A stretch of 64,000 bases of DNA from the human T2T-CHM13v2.0 reference genome, Homo sapiens. Each line of letters starts with the position of its first letter. The first letter of the stretch is position 1. The DNA lies in assembly GCF_009914755.1 (NCBI RefSeq), contig NC_060934.1; one strand, given 5' to 3'. Below the pieces are notes generated by a model. That model saw only the letters and a list, made by a program, of their open reading frames with translations. It was not told the DNA's origin and searched no databases. The position numbers were made by a program, and so were the translations under genes. Of this stretch, positions 32,930-46,474 are shown in pieces.

Positions 32930-33115
32930 CAGTTGGGACAATGAGTTTTGGGTTCTGATTGAGCCACTCATCACCTGGCAAGTCTCAAATTCTTGGTTTC
33001 TCAGTGTCCTCATGTGTAAAATTGAACTATCATTTCTCTACCCTGCTTCTCAGGGTTTGGGGACTCAAGAAGAAAAGATGGGAACGTTTTGCAAATTGTA
33101 AAGTGCTACACAAAT
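32930..33115 (+). mobile_element. MIR
   Basis: tttctcagtgtcctcatgtgtaaaat...ttttgcaaattgtaaagtgctacacaaat. Confidence 0.65.
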
Positions 33116-34286
33116 AAATCAATCAAAAAAAGTAAGAAGCCAGGAGCAGCTTGTGGACTTTGCGGGTTCATATTTTGCGGGAATGCTTTGGTTGCTGGGA
33201 CCGGAATGGGGGCCCCTTGGGCCTGGATAGAAGTCAAGCCAAGCAGATAAAATTAAAGCAAGTTTGGAAATGGAGCTCCAAGTCAGGGCATGTGCACAGC
33301 AAATTCACTTTGAGGCTTTATGAGTTCAAAGGTTTGCTATATTCCAAAACACCCCACGTTCTTTGGCGAGCCCTAATCTGACCCATCTCAGGGTTGTCAG
33401 CCAACGTTTTTACCCATTTAATCCCATCATAAACAACTGCAATGGATACGTTGCTGCTGACAACTCGAGCCGGGTAAATGCAAGTCAGATATGAACTGAA
33501 CCCTGAAACCAGATCATTAGCCCGGGTCATGATTGGTTTAGAAATTTGTGTTGTTTTCCTTCCTCTATTTCCTGCCATAGAGTGCCAGCAATCTATGGCA
33601 CTTTCCCCCCTCATAGTTTGCAGTCAGCTGGGCCCAGAGCCATGCGAAGCTGTTTTTAATGGCAAAACCTTCAAAGTTGTACTTAAAATATTTGCATCAT
33701 AAAATCCCTCATGGAAGCCAAACCTCGGTTTCAGAAGGAACCTTCTTGCAAGCGGGGAGACTGCCTCCAGGGAGCGAAGAAGGGCCCCTGCTCACGCCCC
33801 TTCCTCCCACAGACAATCCGCTGAGGCTGCTGACACCCTGCAGGATCAGATCATTGAGAGGCATCCACAGCATCTAGGAACAAACTCGAAATGGCTTTTC
33901 TAAGCCAGCAACGGTGTGAGGTGACTCAGCAGTTCACCGTGCAATTCAGAAAAAAGGTGTTTTCACACATTTAATTGATCCTGTGAGCAAGTAAGTGCTA
34001 AGCAGGAAAGATGAGGAATTGTCCAGCTTCACAGTGGGAAGACTCAATTCCTTGCCTCCTGCCCTCTACTCCCATGACCAGTGTTAAACAGACCCATCCG
34101 GAGTGGGGCAGGCCAGCGCAGATACAATGTGCTTAAAAAACACACAAATCAGGAAATAAAAACTGATGATTTAAATCGGAGCTCAGAAAGGGGAAAAAAA
34201 TATGAGAAAAAGCGGTTATCTTCTTCAGAAAAGGATTCTCGATCTTAGGGGATCCATAATGGAATTCTTTAAAGGTGAAATTCCCT

Positions 34287-34322
34287 ATCGCGTCTTAGCC
34301 TTTTTTGGCTAAGATCAAGTGT
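34287..34322 (+). pseudogene. 3'-truncated U2 snRNA retrocopy (U2 nt 1-34)
   Basis: atcgcgtcttagccttttttggctaagatcaagtgt versus U2 ATCGCTTCTCGGCCTTTTGGCTAAGATCAAGTGT, flanked by TSD aa(g/a)gtgaaattccct. Confidence 0.9.
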
Positions 34323-34475
34323 GAAAGTGAAATTCCCTGTGATGGGGCTTATGATGGGGCTTAACTGAAGGCAACGAAATTTACGGACAGAGGACATCCA
34401 TAGGCTTTTACTTTGCTGAATGGAATATGAAAGTCTAGGAGAGGAGAAGGATGCGTGCTGGCGGAGAAGATGCTA

Positions 34476-34865
<390 letters not shown>

Positions 34866-35772
34866 TTAAAAAAAATTCTTTAAAGCTTATGTTCAGAATT
34901 ACAACCCTTATCCCTGACACATTTTTAAAAAGTCAATTTTATTCCACCAGCTTTTGTGATCTAATCATTACTCAGAGCTGAAGGTGGTTTTCCATTAAAG
35001 CATCTCCGTCACTCTCACTTTCTGACCTGTGAACGTTCTTATTAGCTGCCTTATTAAGATGATATCCTGTCTCTGAAGAAAAGATTATCTCCTTACCTGA
35101 CATGTCATTATCCAAGTAATCTTTGTTCCCTCCTCCCCACCCCAGAAGAAAAAAGCTGACTGTTAACTAGACATTTAAATGTATGGTACACTGTGCTATT
35201 GGAAGGAGGACGTTTCTAATGGAACGTACCTGGAGGCGGGTAGTTGAACCTCATGACTTACTCTTCCATGACTAGCAAACAAAGCCAGAAAATAAGAACT
35301 ACCTGCCTCATCCTAGATTGGTTTCAGAAACACCTGAGCTTTAAGGACTCATCGTATGAAATAAGAAACCATTAAAATAACCAAATATAGAACGACATAT
35401 GCAAAACTACATTCGAAAGTACAAATTTGTGCACTTTCTAATAAAAAATACTGGAGCAGGGCAGCATTCTTGACGACTGCCATATGTGGGTGAAACAAGG
35501 GCAATGGCGTGGACAGAGAAGCCACCGGGATGCCTGGTCTCCCACCGGCTGTCTCCTCGCTGTGATACTTATTGTGGCCAACGATCACAAAGAAGATTCC
35601 TGACAAAGTGGTTTGCTTATTTTCCACCCCTTTTCAAACTCCATGAAACAGAAAATTCACTGGGTTTACCCTCTCTCATTGGATCTACTGGACTTCATTG
35701 GCAGAAACCCAGAGAAGTTGGGGTCCTGCTCTCCGCCTGTTCTGGGACAGCCCTGTCAATTGTGGGGTGCTT

Positions 35773-36475
35773 TTGTAACCCAGGGTCCCCGGGTTTTCTG
35801 GCAGCCTGTGGAAAAGTGCCCACTGGTAACTGTTGCACCCTGAGTTCTCCTTGTTTCACAAAAATTCCAGGAAGCAGCCCAGACCCAGCAAAATAAAAAC
35901 TAGTTGGATCCAGAGGTGCCTAGTTGGAGGGAACTTTGGTGAACTCTTCTCCTTACTGCACTAAACACTCCGCCCAGGGAGGAACTTATTTGCCATTTTC
36001 TACCCATGCGAAGGATGTAGAAGCATGATCAATGACTGTCCCTGCACCAGCCTTACTCCACCTCACAGGGGTGGCCAATCTTTTGGCTTCCCTGGGCCAC
36101 GTTGGAAGAAGAATTGTCTTGGGCCACACATAAAATACACTAACGATAGCTGATGAGCTAAAAAAAAATTTTTTTAAATCGCAAACAAAAATCTCATAAC
36201 ATTTTAAGAAGGTTTACGAATTTTTGTTGGGCCACATTCAAAGCCATCCCAGGCCACATGTGGCCCTTGGGCTGCAGATTGGACAAGCTTGACATATGAT
36301 GACTCAGCTCAGCTCACCAGCCCGATAAAAGCTGTTTTCACCTCGTTCAGGGAGGTACTGCTTTTGGGAACTATCCCTGGCATCCTCCTCACGCGTTGCC
36401 AATAATGAAACCCTTGGTGAACTCCTCCTTAGCTGTGGTCATTGGACCATGAACCGCCAAGTGATTGAACCCTAA
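35773..36475 (+). mobile_element. Old ERVL-class solo LTR (MER73/MER54-like), interrupted by MER30
   Basis: Starts tgtaacccagggtcccc, with LTR-like 3' part (ataaaagctgtttt, ggtcattggac). Family assignment from memory. Confidence 0.5.
36066..36291 (+). mobile_element. MER30 (hAT-Charlie)
   Basis: caggggtggccaatcttttggcttccctgggccac...ttggacaagcttg. Confidence 0.9.
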
Positions 36476-36596
36476 TACTTTGACCTTTGAGCTGCCGTCG
36501 GTCTGACCACAGAAAGAGAAGGTGGATGGCAGTGCTTCAATTACATATAATATAGATATGCTATGCAGTATTATTTTTATAATTTCTAATACAAAT

Positions 36597-36741
36597 GACT
36601 ATATACTGTCTTAATGGACTTAGAAATGATGCCATAGTGGAGACCATCTTTCCCAAAGGACAGGTGAGTTCCCCTACCTCCATCCTCATCTGAGAGTGGG
36701 CTCCAGGGTCTCCCTGGCTCCCCTTTCATGCAATTTTTGCT
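36597..36741. repeat. Local direct repeat, copy 1 (~145 bp)
   Basis: About 80% identical by eye to 37806-37952. Confidence 0.88.
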
Positions 36742-37805
36742 GGGCAGATTCCAGTGCCCATCTTGACAGCACCCGGGCCGGCTCCGCCTTGGGACACGCC
36801 CTCCCAGGGGATACCCTTGTGTCTTAGCAAAAGGTCCTGAAGCCAGGAGGCTGGTCCGCTGAGTCAAGGTTGCTTCATGGAGCCTATTTTGACTTCTCTG
36901 TGGACCATTCCTACTTCTCTTCCCAGTGCCGCTCAAACTGTCAGTTTCAACCCACAGGTCCCTTTGTGACTTGGGTCCCCACAACATGTGATTATTGCCT
37001 CTCCTACTCTGCTGTCCGCTGTCAGTTGAGACAAATAAGCCATGTGTTTTGGCATTAGCAATGGGCCTCCTGCTCAGGGAGAAAATGAACAAACCTGTCC
37101 ATCTTCCCTTTTCACTTCCCACACCTGGCATGCTTGAAAGAACCAAGGAGGTGGTATTGCCTCGGCTTGCCATGCACCCCTCATTCCTAATCTCGAGGTG
37201 ATAGAATTTGGATGTAGTGACAGGATGAGCGTTGCTATGACAACCCACTGATGCTAGGTGCTCCATAAGAGGGCATTTTTGACAGGTCCTCGCAAAGTCT
37301 GCCATTTGTGTGGGGACCAAATCTCCTATATTTGTGCACTAGACATACCTAGGGACATAGCACCCTTTATGCCTTCAAAATGCCGCATGCATATTTGTGG
37401 GCGTCCCTCTTAAAGAAATAGCAAAGCCTTACTTTGTAATTTGGGAAATAAGAACCAGGTTTGTACTGGAAGTGGACTCGAATCTGGACCTTTCTCTGGG
37501 CTCACAGGACTCAAGGCCAGGACTCAATCAAAACATCTGGCTTGCTAGGATGATTCCAAGGGTCCAAAGGGCAGTCATGGGACTATCATGTCGCTTTCTG
37601 CATAATTTTTCATTCATTTAGTTCGAGCTGTACTGGCTCCTTCAATTCAGAACTCCTCAGGCTTCTTCAGGCAGCCTGGGCCTTGCAGTGGACTCATGAA
37701 GGTTCTTGTCTCTCCCCTTCCCCTCTCTCCTCAGGTGCTCAAATACGCAATCAACCACCAGTTCCTGTGTTTGCAAACTTCCCACTTTGAGACTTCCAAC
37801 TGTAA

Positions 37806-37952
37806 GACTGTATATTGTCTTAATGGACTAAGAGTGAGAATGATGTCATAATGGGGACCATCTTTTCCAAGGGACAGGTGAGTCCCCCCTCTCCATCCTC
37901 ATCCAAGAGTGGGCCCCAGGGTTCTCCTGCCCCCTTTCCTGCAAACTTTCCT
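37806..37952. repeat. Local direct repeat, copy 2
   Basis: About 80% identical by eye to 36597-36741. Confidence 0.88.
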
Positions 37953-38096
37953 CAGATGTGAGGAAACTTCCAACTTTCTCTAAATATAAAAAAAAAAAAA
38001 AAATCACATCTGTTAATAGACCTTTTAAAAAAGCCCAGCTAGGCAAGGCTGCCCAGGAACACCAGAGACACCAAAAGAACAGGAAGAAATATGCCT

Positions 38097-38102
38097 TTTA
38101 TT
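38097..38102 (-). terminator. PARD3: Distal polyadenylation signal AATAAA
   Basis: tttatt on +. UGUA (TGTACATA) lies just upstream and TTCTTTTGGTGTCTCTGGTGTT downstream on the sense strand. Confidence 0.85.
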
Positions 38103-38534
38103 AGGAGTTGCATATGTACAGAGAAAGCTGTTTCTCACAGCTCAGGGGAGGCTGTGAGAAAGAGCCACTGTCATCCAAGGTCACTGCGCGTACACTGGTA
38201 ACACCACTTAGACACTGCCGCACGTGATTAAGAAACAGAACCATGACACAGAAATGCAGAAGAGACACGGGTACGTGTGTGGACACATCATTTCTAAAAA
38301 CAAGTCAACACAAAAATACAATGTGCCAATAAAAAAAAAATAGACATATCCATACATGTCTTTTTTTCTGTTTTTAAAGTAAATACATGGTATGCTGAGC
38401 TTTCACCTCCAGCTTTTTCCACATCGGGATTCACAGGCACTTTAGCACCCCAGCCATGGTTTACAATACAGGATGTTCAGAACAATGAAGGAAGATGGGA
38501 GCCACCGAGATCCCCGAGACCCACACACACACTC

Positions 38535-38542
38535 TAATACTG
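38535..38542 (-). promoter_or_regulatory. miR-200b/c/429 8mer seed site (CAGUAUUA)
   Basis: Plus strand taatactg equals miR-200b/c/429 nt 1-8. Confidence 0.55.
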
Positions 38543-39037
38543 ACGCGAGAGTGAGCTTCCTGCCACCACCGCTGTGGGACCCGAAAATGTTCTCTGTGTG
38601 ATGTGTAACGGCTTTTCCTTTGTCTTTTATGTTTCATGGCAGAACTACTTAGGAGCGTGGCATCGCCAGTCAGACATGCAGTGTGTGGATGCATTAGACA
38701 AGCATCAATTGCCTCTGACTTGAAAAACCGTAGAGAGCAGATCAAAATGACTGTCTGGTTTATCTCTGTCCCATTCTGTGCCCTTCCTGACAAGCTGTCA
38801 GAACAAAAACTAATTAAAATAATTACTAGGATGTACTGGGCCATGAGCTCTTCCTAGGAGAATTTCTTTCTTAGCTCTCCCCTCATGATAGACACAGGGC
38901 CAATGGCAGGCCCAGCTTCCCCCGGCAGGAGCCACTCCTGTCTCCCACGTTCCCCACACAGAGCTGTGGTGACTCAACCCACGTGTCAGGAACAGGACCG
39001 AACAAGCGTATGTATAAACGCAGACCAGGATCATCAC

Positions 39038-39043
39038 TTTATT
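39038..39043 (-). terminator. PARD3: Middle polyadenylation signal AATAAA (candidate)
   Basis: tttatt on +, with GU-rich sense sequence downstream (CTTGTTCGGTCCTGTT). Confidence 0.6.
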
Positions 39044-39460
39044 GGTAATGTTGAGTCATAAGGCAGTTACAAAAGGACCCCCATGGTGACCAAACAATGT
39101 TGGACTATGGCTTAGCTTCTGTAATAGGATGACCGACTCTCCCGTCACAAAGAGCTGAGAAAGGAAAGAGAAAACCACAGTGATGACAAAGTACGACAAA
39201 TGGCTGTGCTGTGAAGTACCAGAAAGCCCCAATTTTTGGTGTATGTCGCCCACTTTTCCTCCACCAGAGACTAAGATGTCATCCCATAGCTAAGAGAACT
39301 TAGAGGGAGAAACAGGGCCGCACGTCATCCTCCACTTCAGGTGAATTTGTCACTGCAAGTGGTGCAGGGATGTTACAACCAAGCCGCGGACAACTCATGA
39401 GTAGGGCCGAGATTCCTGGTACTGTGGAGAGGCGCAGAGCATATGAACACCTCAAACAGA

Positions 39461-39468
39461 TGATTGTC
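39461..39468 (-). promoter_or_regulatory. miR-219-5p 8mer seed site (GACAAUCA)
   Basis: Plus strand tgattgtc equals miR-219-5p nt 1-8. miR-219 is a known regulator of pard3 in neural precursors. Confidence 0.7.
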
Positions 39469-39648
39469 ACAGGGTGGGAAATCCTTCCATGAAACAGACA
39501 CTTGAGACATAGTGGCAAAGACATTAAGGCCTTCCATTTCTTTGCCTACACCGCTTAAAGGCACTGATACCAACAACAGAAATACTCCATAGTACCATCG
39601 AGGTTTTAAAAAAACTCCCAAAATACAAGTCTTCATAGGAAAATGTCT

Positions 39649-39654
39649 TTTATT
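39649..39654 (-). terminator. PARD3: Proximal polyadenylation signal AATAAA, ~30 nt after the stop codon (candidate)
   Basis: tttatt on +, with U-rich sense sequence downstream (CTTGTATTTTGGGAGTTTTTT). Confidence 0.6.
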
Positions 39655-39685
39655 GCGCGACATGAAGCATCCGTTATTTGCATGC

Positions 39686-40168
<483 letters not shown>

Positions 40169-42012
40169 TCACTTTTCAACAAATATTCCTGTTCTCTCAT
40201 CACATGCCAGACACTGCGATAGGGGCTGGAGAATTCAAAAATGACTGTCCTCAGCAAGCGCATAGTCTTAGACAACTAAACTAACAACGAGTAAACAGGA
40301 GAGAGAACTAGACTGTGCAGCTATTTAGAAACAGGGTCATCCTCCTGTGTCTGAGAAGGTTGTGTCTGTTCTGCTTAGGGTACCAATATCTCCTGCAATT
40401 TAGACACACTGGCAAAGTATAGAAGTATTAGAGGTTTGGCAGCTTCCATGGTAGGAATAATTGCTCGCTTTAGAACATTACAATTCAATTCTAAACAAGC
40501 ACAACAAATATTTTACACAGCTGCCACCATAATGCCAGAAGCGCTAGCTAATATGAAGTACATGTAATGGATTACAGTATGAGTTCGGTTATGAAAGATT
40601 TAAGTCTAGACTCCTTTATGATAAAAAATGCAACAGGCAGTCCCTTAAAGCTCTGGCTTTCAAGTTGTGTATGTCAGCAACTTACACTCTCCGGGATACC
40701 TGCTCATCCAGATTGGACGGAGAGTCCGGAAGTCTGTAAAGTAAGCACTATTTTCTTATACATTTACCTTCACCAAAGGCCAGGGTGACCTACTTAACTT
40801 GCTTTCTGTCACCCCAGGATAGGCAAGTAAATCAGAGTCACATGGAAATTTCAAATTCTTCCCACTTCTGCAACAGAGTTGGGCATGATTTCCAGGAAAC
40901 ATTATTGTTTTGAAACATCTTTAATTTACTATCAAGTCTCTAGATGGTTTTATGAATTTACAATAAGATTGGCTATGATGAAATAAAACAATTCTGTGCC
41001 AGAAAGGAAGACATGCCCTAATTTTTTTGCCTTGAAAATGGAAGAGGGGGAGAGACAATTGAGTAATAAAACAAAGTATATTGCTCCATTTATCAATAAG
41101 AAAATCATTTGGCGACAGTATGTATTGCTCAACCCTCTCCATCAACACACACAACACAGCTGAATGTTCACAAAGATTTTCACGGAAGGAAAAGAAGGTC
41201 TGGGAAGCCACTGCATCTCCCGCAGGAATGATGCAATTTGCATTTTTGAACATTCACAATTGCATCAATATGGTTTGGAGTGAAATGCACCCATTTTCCA
41301 TATGGCCTAAAATGTAGTTGGGAACATTTTCAGTAAAGAAAATGACCATAATGTCCAGCATCACCTCTGGCTATGACGATGACTGGATGAGCATTCCATA
41401 GCATGTCTGTCTCTTTTAACGGAAGACTGCACCATTTGTACAGTCAGCCCAGGCAAGAATCCTTAGATGTGATGGAATAGTTTATTTGCCTAAAGCACTG
41501 ATTATCTTCACTTAAGTCATAAATTAATCTACCCAGAGACAAGACTGTTGGAAAATGCCGGCATGAAACCAGGGATTTGACATTAATCATGAAACTTTAA
41601 TTAAAACAAGGAACTTGTGACTGATATTACAGCAACAAAAATGGGATTCTTTTATGAGTTATCAGTTTGAAGATAATCAGAAATAGGCTGCAGACATTTC
41701 ACCTCTTTTTCATCTCTGGCCTACTAAGATCCACCAACCCCCTTCCTCCCCAGCTTCATGGAGCCCCAGGCTTCGCTCTACGGCAGCTGTGCACCCTAAG
41801 TGGATTCTGCATCATCCCCGGAAGACACAGTCTTTCTACATTTAAACAGGGAGAATTCACTAAAGGTTTGTTAGGGATGGAAATTACAACAATGTGGGAG
41901 AACCAATTTTTTGTAGCTAAAATTTTCTTCAAATTAATCAGTATAGAGAGAAGGAAGCAGACTGCCCTGAGGTCTGAAGTAAGATATGTGGGTAAAATGC
42001 ACATAAGACAGA

Positions 42013-42013
42013 A

Positions 42014-42044
<31 letters not shown>

Positions 42045-42069
42045 CACACACACACATGCGCACACACAC
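42013..42069. repeat. (CA)n interrupted microsatellite
   Basis: Direct reading. Confidence 0.92.
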
Positions 42070-42224
42070 AATTCCTTGGTAAGGAAGTTAGCAGTATCTA
42101 TATGCTCTTGATTAAGGAGAGAATGAGAAATGGGCCAATTGTAGAGACCAAGGGAAGGAAACAGACAATAAGAGTTTCCTACACTAGGAAACTAAGCATC
42201 CAGCTGGGCAAGGTGGGAGTGGCT

Positions 42225-42425
42225 TAGGCTTAGAGCAACGTAGATTCAAATCCTGAGCCTGCCACTGGCTGGCTGTGTGACACTGGGCGAGTTCTGCTCA
42301 CTGGGCTCAAGTTACCTTACCTATGAAACAGGCATAATCTCTAACCCTGAAAGGTTGTGGGGAGAAAGAAATGAAATAACACATGTAAAGTGCTTAGAAA
42401 AGTGACTTGCACTCAGTAAGTGATT
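42225..42425 (+). mobile_element. MIR
   Basis: ttcaaatcctgagcctgccactggctggctgtgtgac...atgtaaagtgcttagaa. Confidence 0.78.
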
Positions 42426-42490
42426 GACTAATAGGTCCCGGAGGAGTAGTTTGAAGACAAAGTCACTCTGCCTTCAAAGATTAGGCTCTG

Positions 42491-42805
<315 letters not shown>

Positions 42806-42847
42806 TCAGGACTTAGGGAGGCATCTTTTTGACCAAAGAAGAAAATT

Positions 42848-43161
42848 GTTTTTAATTTAATTTAATTATTTTGTTTTTGAGACAGAGCCTCACTCTTTTG
42901 CCCAGGGTGGAGTACAGTGGTGCAATCTTGGCTCACTGCAACTTCTACTTCCTGGGTTCAAGCGATTCAGCTGTCTTAGGCTCCCAGGTAGCTGGGATTA
43001 CAGGAACAAACCACCACACCTGGCTAATTTTTGTATTGTTAGTAGAGATGGGATTTCACCATGTTGGACCAGGCTGGTCTTGAACTCCTGAACTCAAGTG
43101 ATCTGCCGACCTCAGCCTCCCATAGTCCTGGGATTACAGGCATGAGCCACTCTGCTCGGCC
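42848..43161 (-). mobile_element. AluS-like, inverted relative to its neighbour
   Basis: Antisense dimer with TSD-like aaaattgttttt. Confidence 0.92.
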
Positions 43162-43977
43162 AAAAATTGTTTTTTAAAGTTAGCTTTCCCTTCCTTGGTT
43201 GGAGGGATTGAGTAGAGATGCCAAGACACAGAAAAGCATCAGAGGAGAAAGGAACCCTTACTAAGCGAGGGCAACTTTGGCACACTGCTGCAGAGATCAG
43301 ACGGAAGCCCATGTTCTTCCCACTGTCCTGTGAGCCCTTGGCTAAGGCCATGGGTAACAACAGCAACAAAATATCAATCTCCTTTCATTGAATTTCTTTA
43401 TAACCAACATATAGGATTGTTTGGTCCTGCAGTGAGCCCCTGGACATTGCTAAATCCACTCAAAGCACTTACCACGTACCATGGTTTGGCAATAACTATC
43501 ACCTAAAGATTATCACCTAAAGATTACAACCACCTCCAACATGGCCTGGAGACCATCAGCATGGAGAGGACTCAAACCAAAGATCTGATGCCCGAGGAAA
43601 GCCATTAAGCCACCAGGATGAGGGGGACACAGACAGAAGGAGGAAGACAGAGGGAGCGAGGCTAAGAAGTTGGGAAGTAGATTGGAGACATAACAAATGG
43701 GCCTCGTGGAGAGAACGCGGGAGGGTGCAGAGACACAGCGTGGAGGGTGAGGTATACAAGGCTTTCGAGGAAGTCAGACCACAGCAGACACGGAGCCGAG
43801 GGAGGGGAGAAAGATGAAGAAGAAATGGAGAGGCAGGAAAAGAAAATGAAGGGAAACACCAAACCAAGAACCTTATTTCTCTCTACCAGTGCCTGTGACT
43901 ACGCACGCCTCTATTCCTTTTGGGGGCTGCCTTTTGGATATTAAGGAAAGAAACTAATTTAGGAATTAAAAAAAGAT

Positions 43978-44560
<583 letters not shown>

Positions 44561-46055
44561 AAAAGAAAAACAAACAAAAATCCTATTCTGATTGAGAACT
44601 GAGTGTGGGGCCACCACACAGGTCCCTTTTCCTGCCAACTAGTGTTACCACCTGGCCAGTGTTTCTCATTGACATGCCAAAATGTAACTTGATTTCTGTC
44701 CATAGAGTTTCTTACTTACAGTTAGAATTTACAAACCACTCTTTCTCATATACATGCCTCTAATTCAAACCACCTTATCTAATGCAACGGATACAAAGCC
44801 CAGACCATTTGTTTTATTTTACGCTCCACTTTGTAACTATACTTTTTTTCTGTGTGTAATCTTTTTGGTTTCTAATGCCATACCAACTTGTTTAGACAAA
44901 ACTCTGTTAATTGTCAACATCCGAAAAGCAGAGGTCAAGTGTCTTTGAAGAATATCACATGTCAGAAACTTGGACTTGACTCAAGCTCACGGAGGTGGTT
45001 GCAGTCCCCCCTGACCTCCTGTTTGCTTTCTTTCCCTTCCCTCAGATCTCTGCACACAGCCTGCCACAGAGTGGGGCTGCTTTGCAAGGCATCAAGCCGA
45101 ACGCAGGGTTCTATGTTCCTAATCTCCCTCACAAACAGGAAGATTCTCATTGATAAATTGTTCTCTAAAGGAAGACAAGAAGATACTGCAGAAACCTACC
45201 AGCCTCCGCTGCCCAAACTTACATAACTCTTTAATTTGAGGATGTCTGCTTTTCTCATATCTAAATAGGATAAAATGACTAAAAATAGGGAGCTACAATT
45301 AACCCAGAGGGAAAGCTGTAGTTATTTAGGGCACCACTAAATAACAGCGGAGGCACTAGCGGTAGCGGCTGCAACCCTCCTCTGCGTGTAAATATAGATA
45401 TCTCTACCAGGCGCTTCCGCAGGGAGAGGCGGAGAAGGGAAGAGATGTCGGGGCTCAGAGTAAAGAAGGGAGAGGAATGGGAAGGCGAGGATGAAAGGTT
45501 CGGCGGGAATGCATGAGCTACTTTGGAATGCAACCAGGAGAAATTCAGTGGAAGCACCTGCCTCTGTCTTTTGCCTCTTCTGAGGACTGGGACCCAAGTG
45601 CCCCTTCTCCCTGGCAACTGCCCTGCCTTCCCGGCCCGCCCACCGCTCTCTCTCCCACCTCCCTTTCTCAGCCCTTGGCAGCTCCCACATCACTGCTCTC
45701 ATTATACACACTTTGTTATGTTTCTCCTTCAATCCTTAGAGACACTCTCAGGCACGGCCAAAATATATGAAGCCAAACAACTGGCCAATAAAAATAAGAA
45801 CACAGCCCCTGCCCTGACAACACCATCCACACAAGCTATGAAGTGCCCTGGCCCACCCGTGTGGTCGTGCAGGGAGGGCCATGCCAGGTGGGCCAATTCG
45901 TCCACACTGTCAGCTCACCCTTCCGATGGAATGCAGCCACACAGACTGGAGGGCAGTGGGGAGGGGGCAGGGGGGTAGCGGAGTGGGGGATAGGGTGGAT
46001 TTTACACAGACCAACCTTGATGTCTAATTCTTCAAGTGCTTAGGCATTTGATTCA

Positions 46056-46474
<419 letters not shown>

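Larger units (their letters stand above)
38078..39685 (-). other. PARD3: PARD3 3' UTR (~1.6 kb; cleavage position approximate)
   Basis: Repeat-free sequence from the stop codon to the distal AATAAA, which is followed by a U/GU-rich element. Confidence 0.85.

Noticed and set aside
38461-39663. Short ORFs in the PARD3 3' UTR
   Set aside because: Downstream of the true stop codon, with no homology or splice support.
43497-43524. 14-bp tandem duplication (also a 12-bp one at 34340-34363)
   Set aside because: Ordinary slippage duplications with no functional cue.
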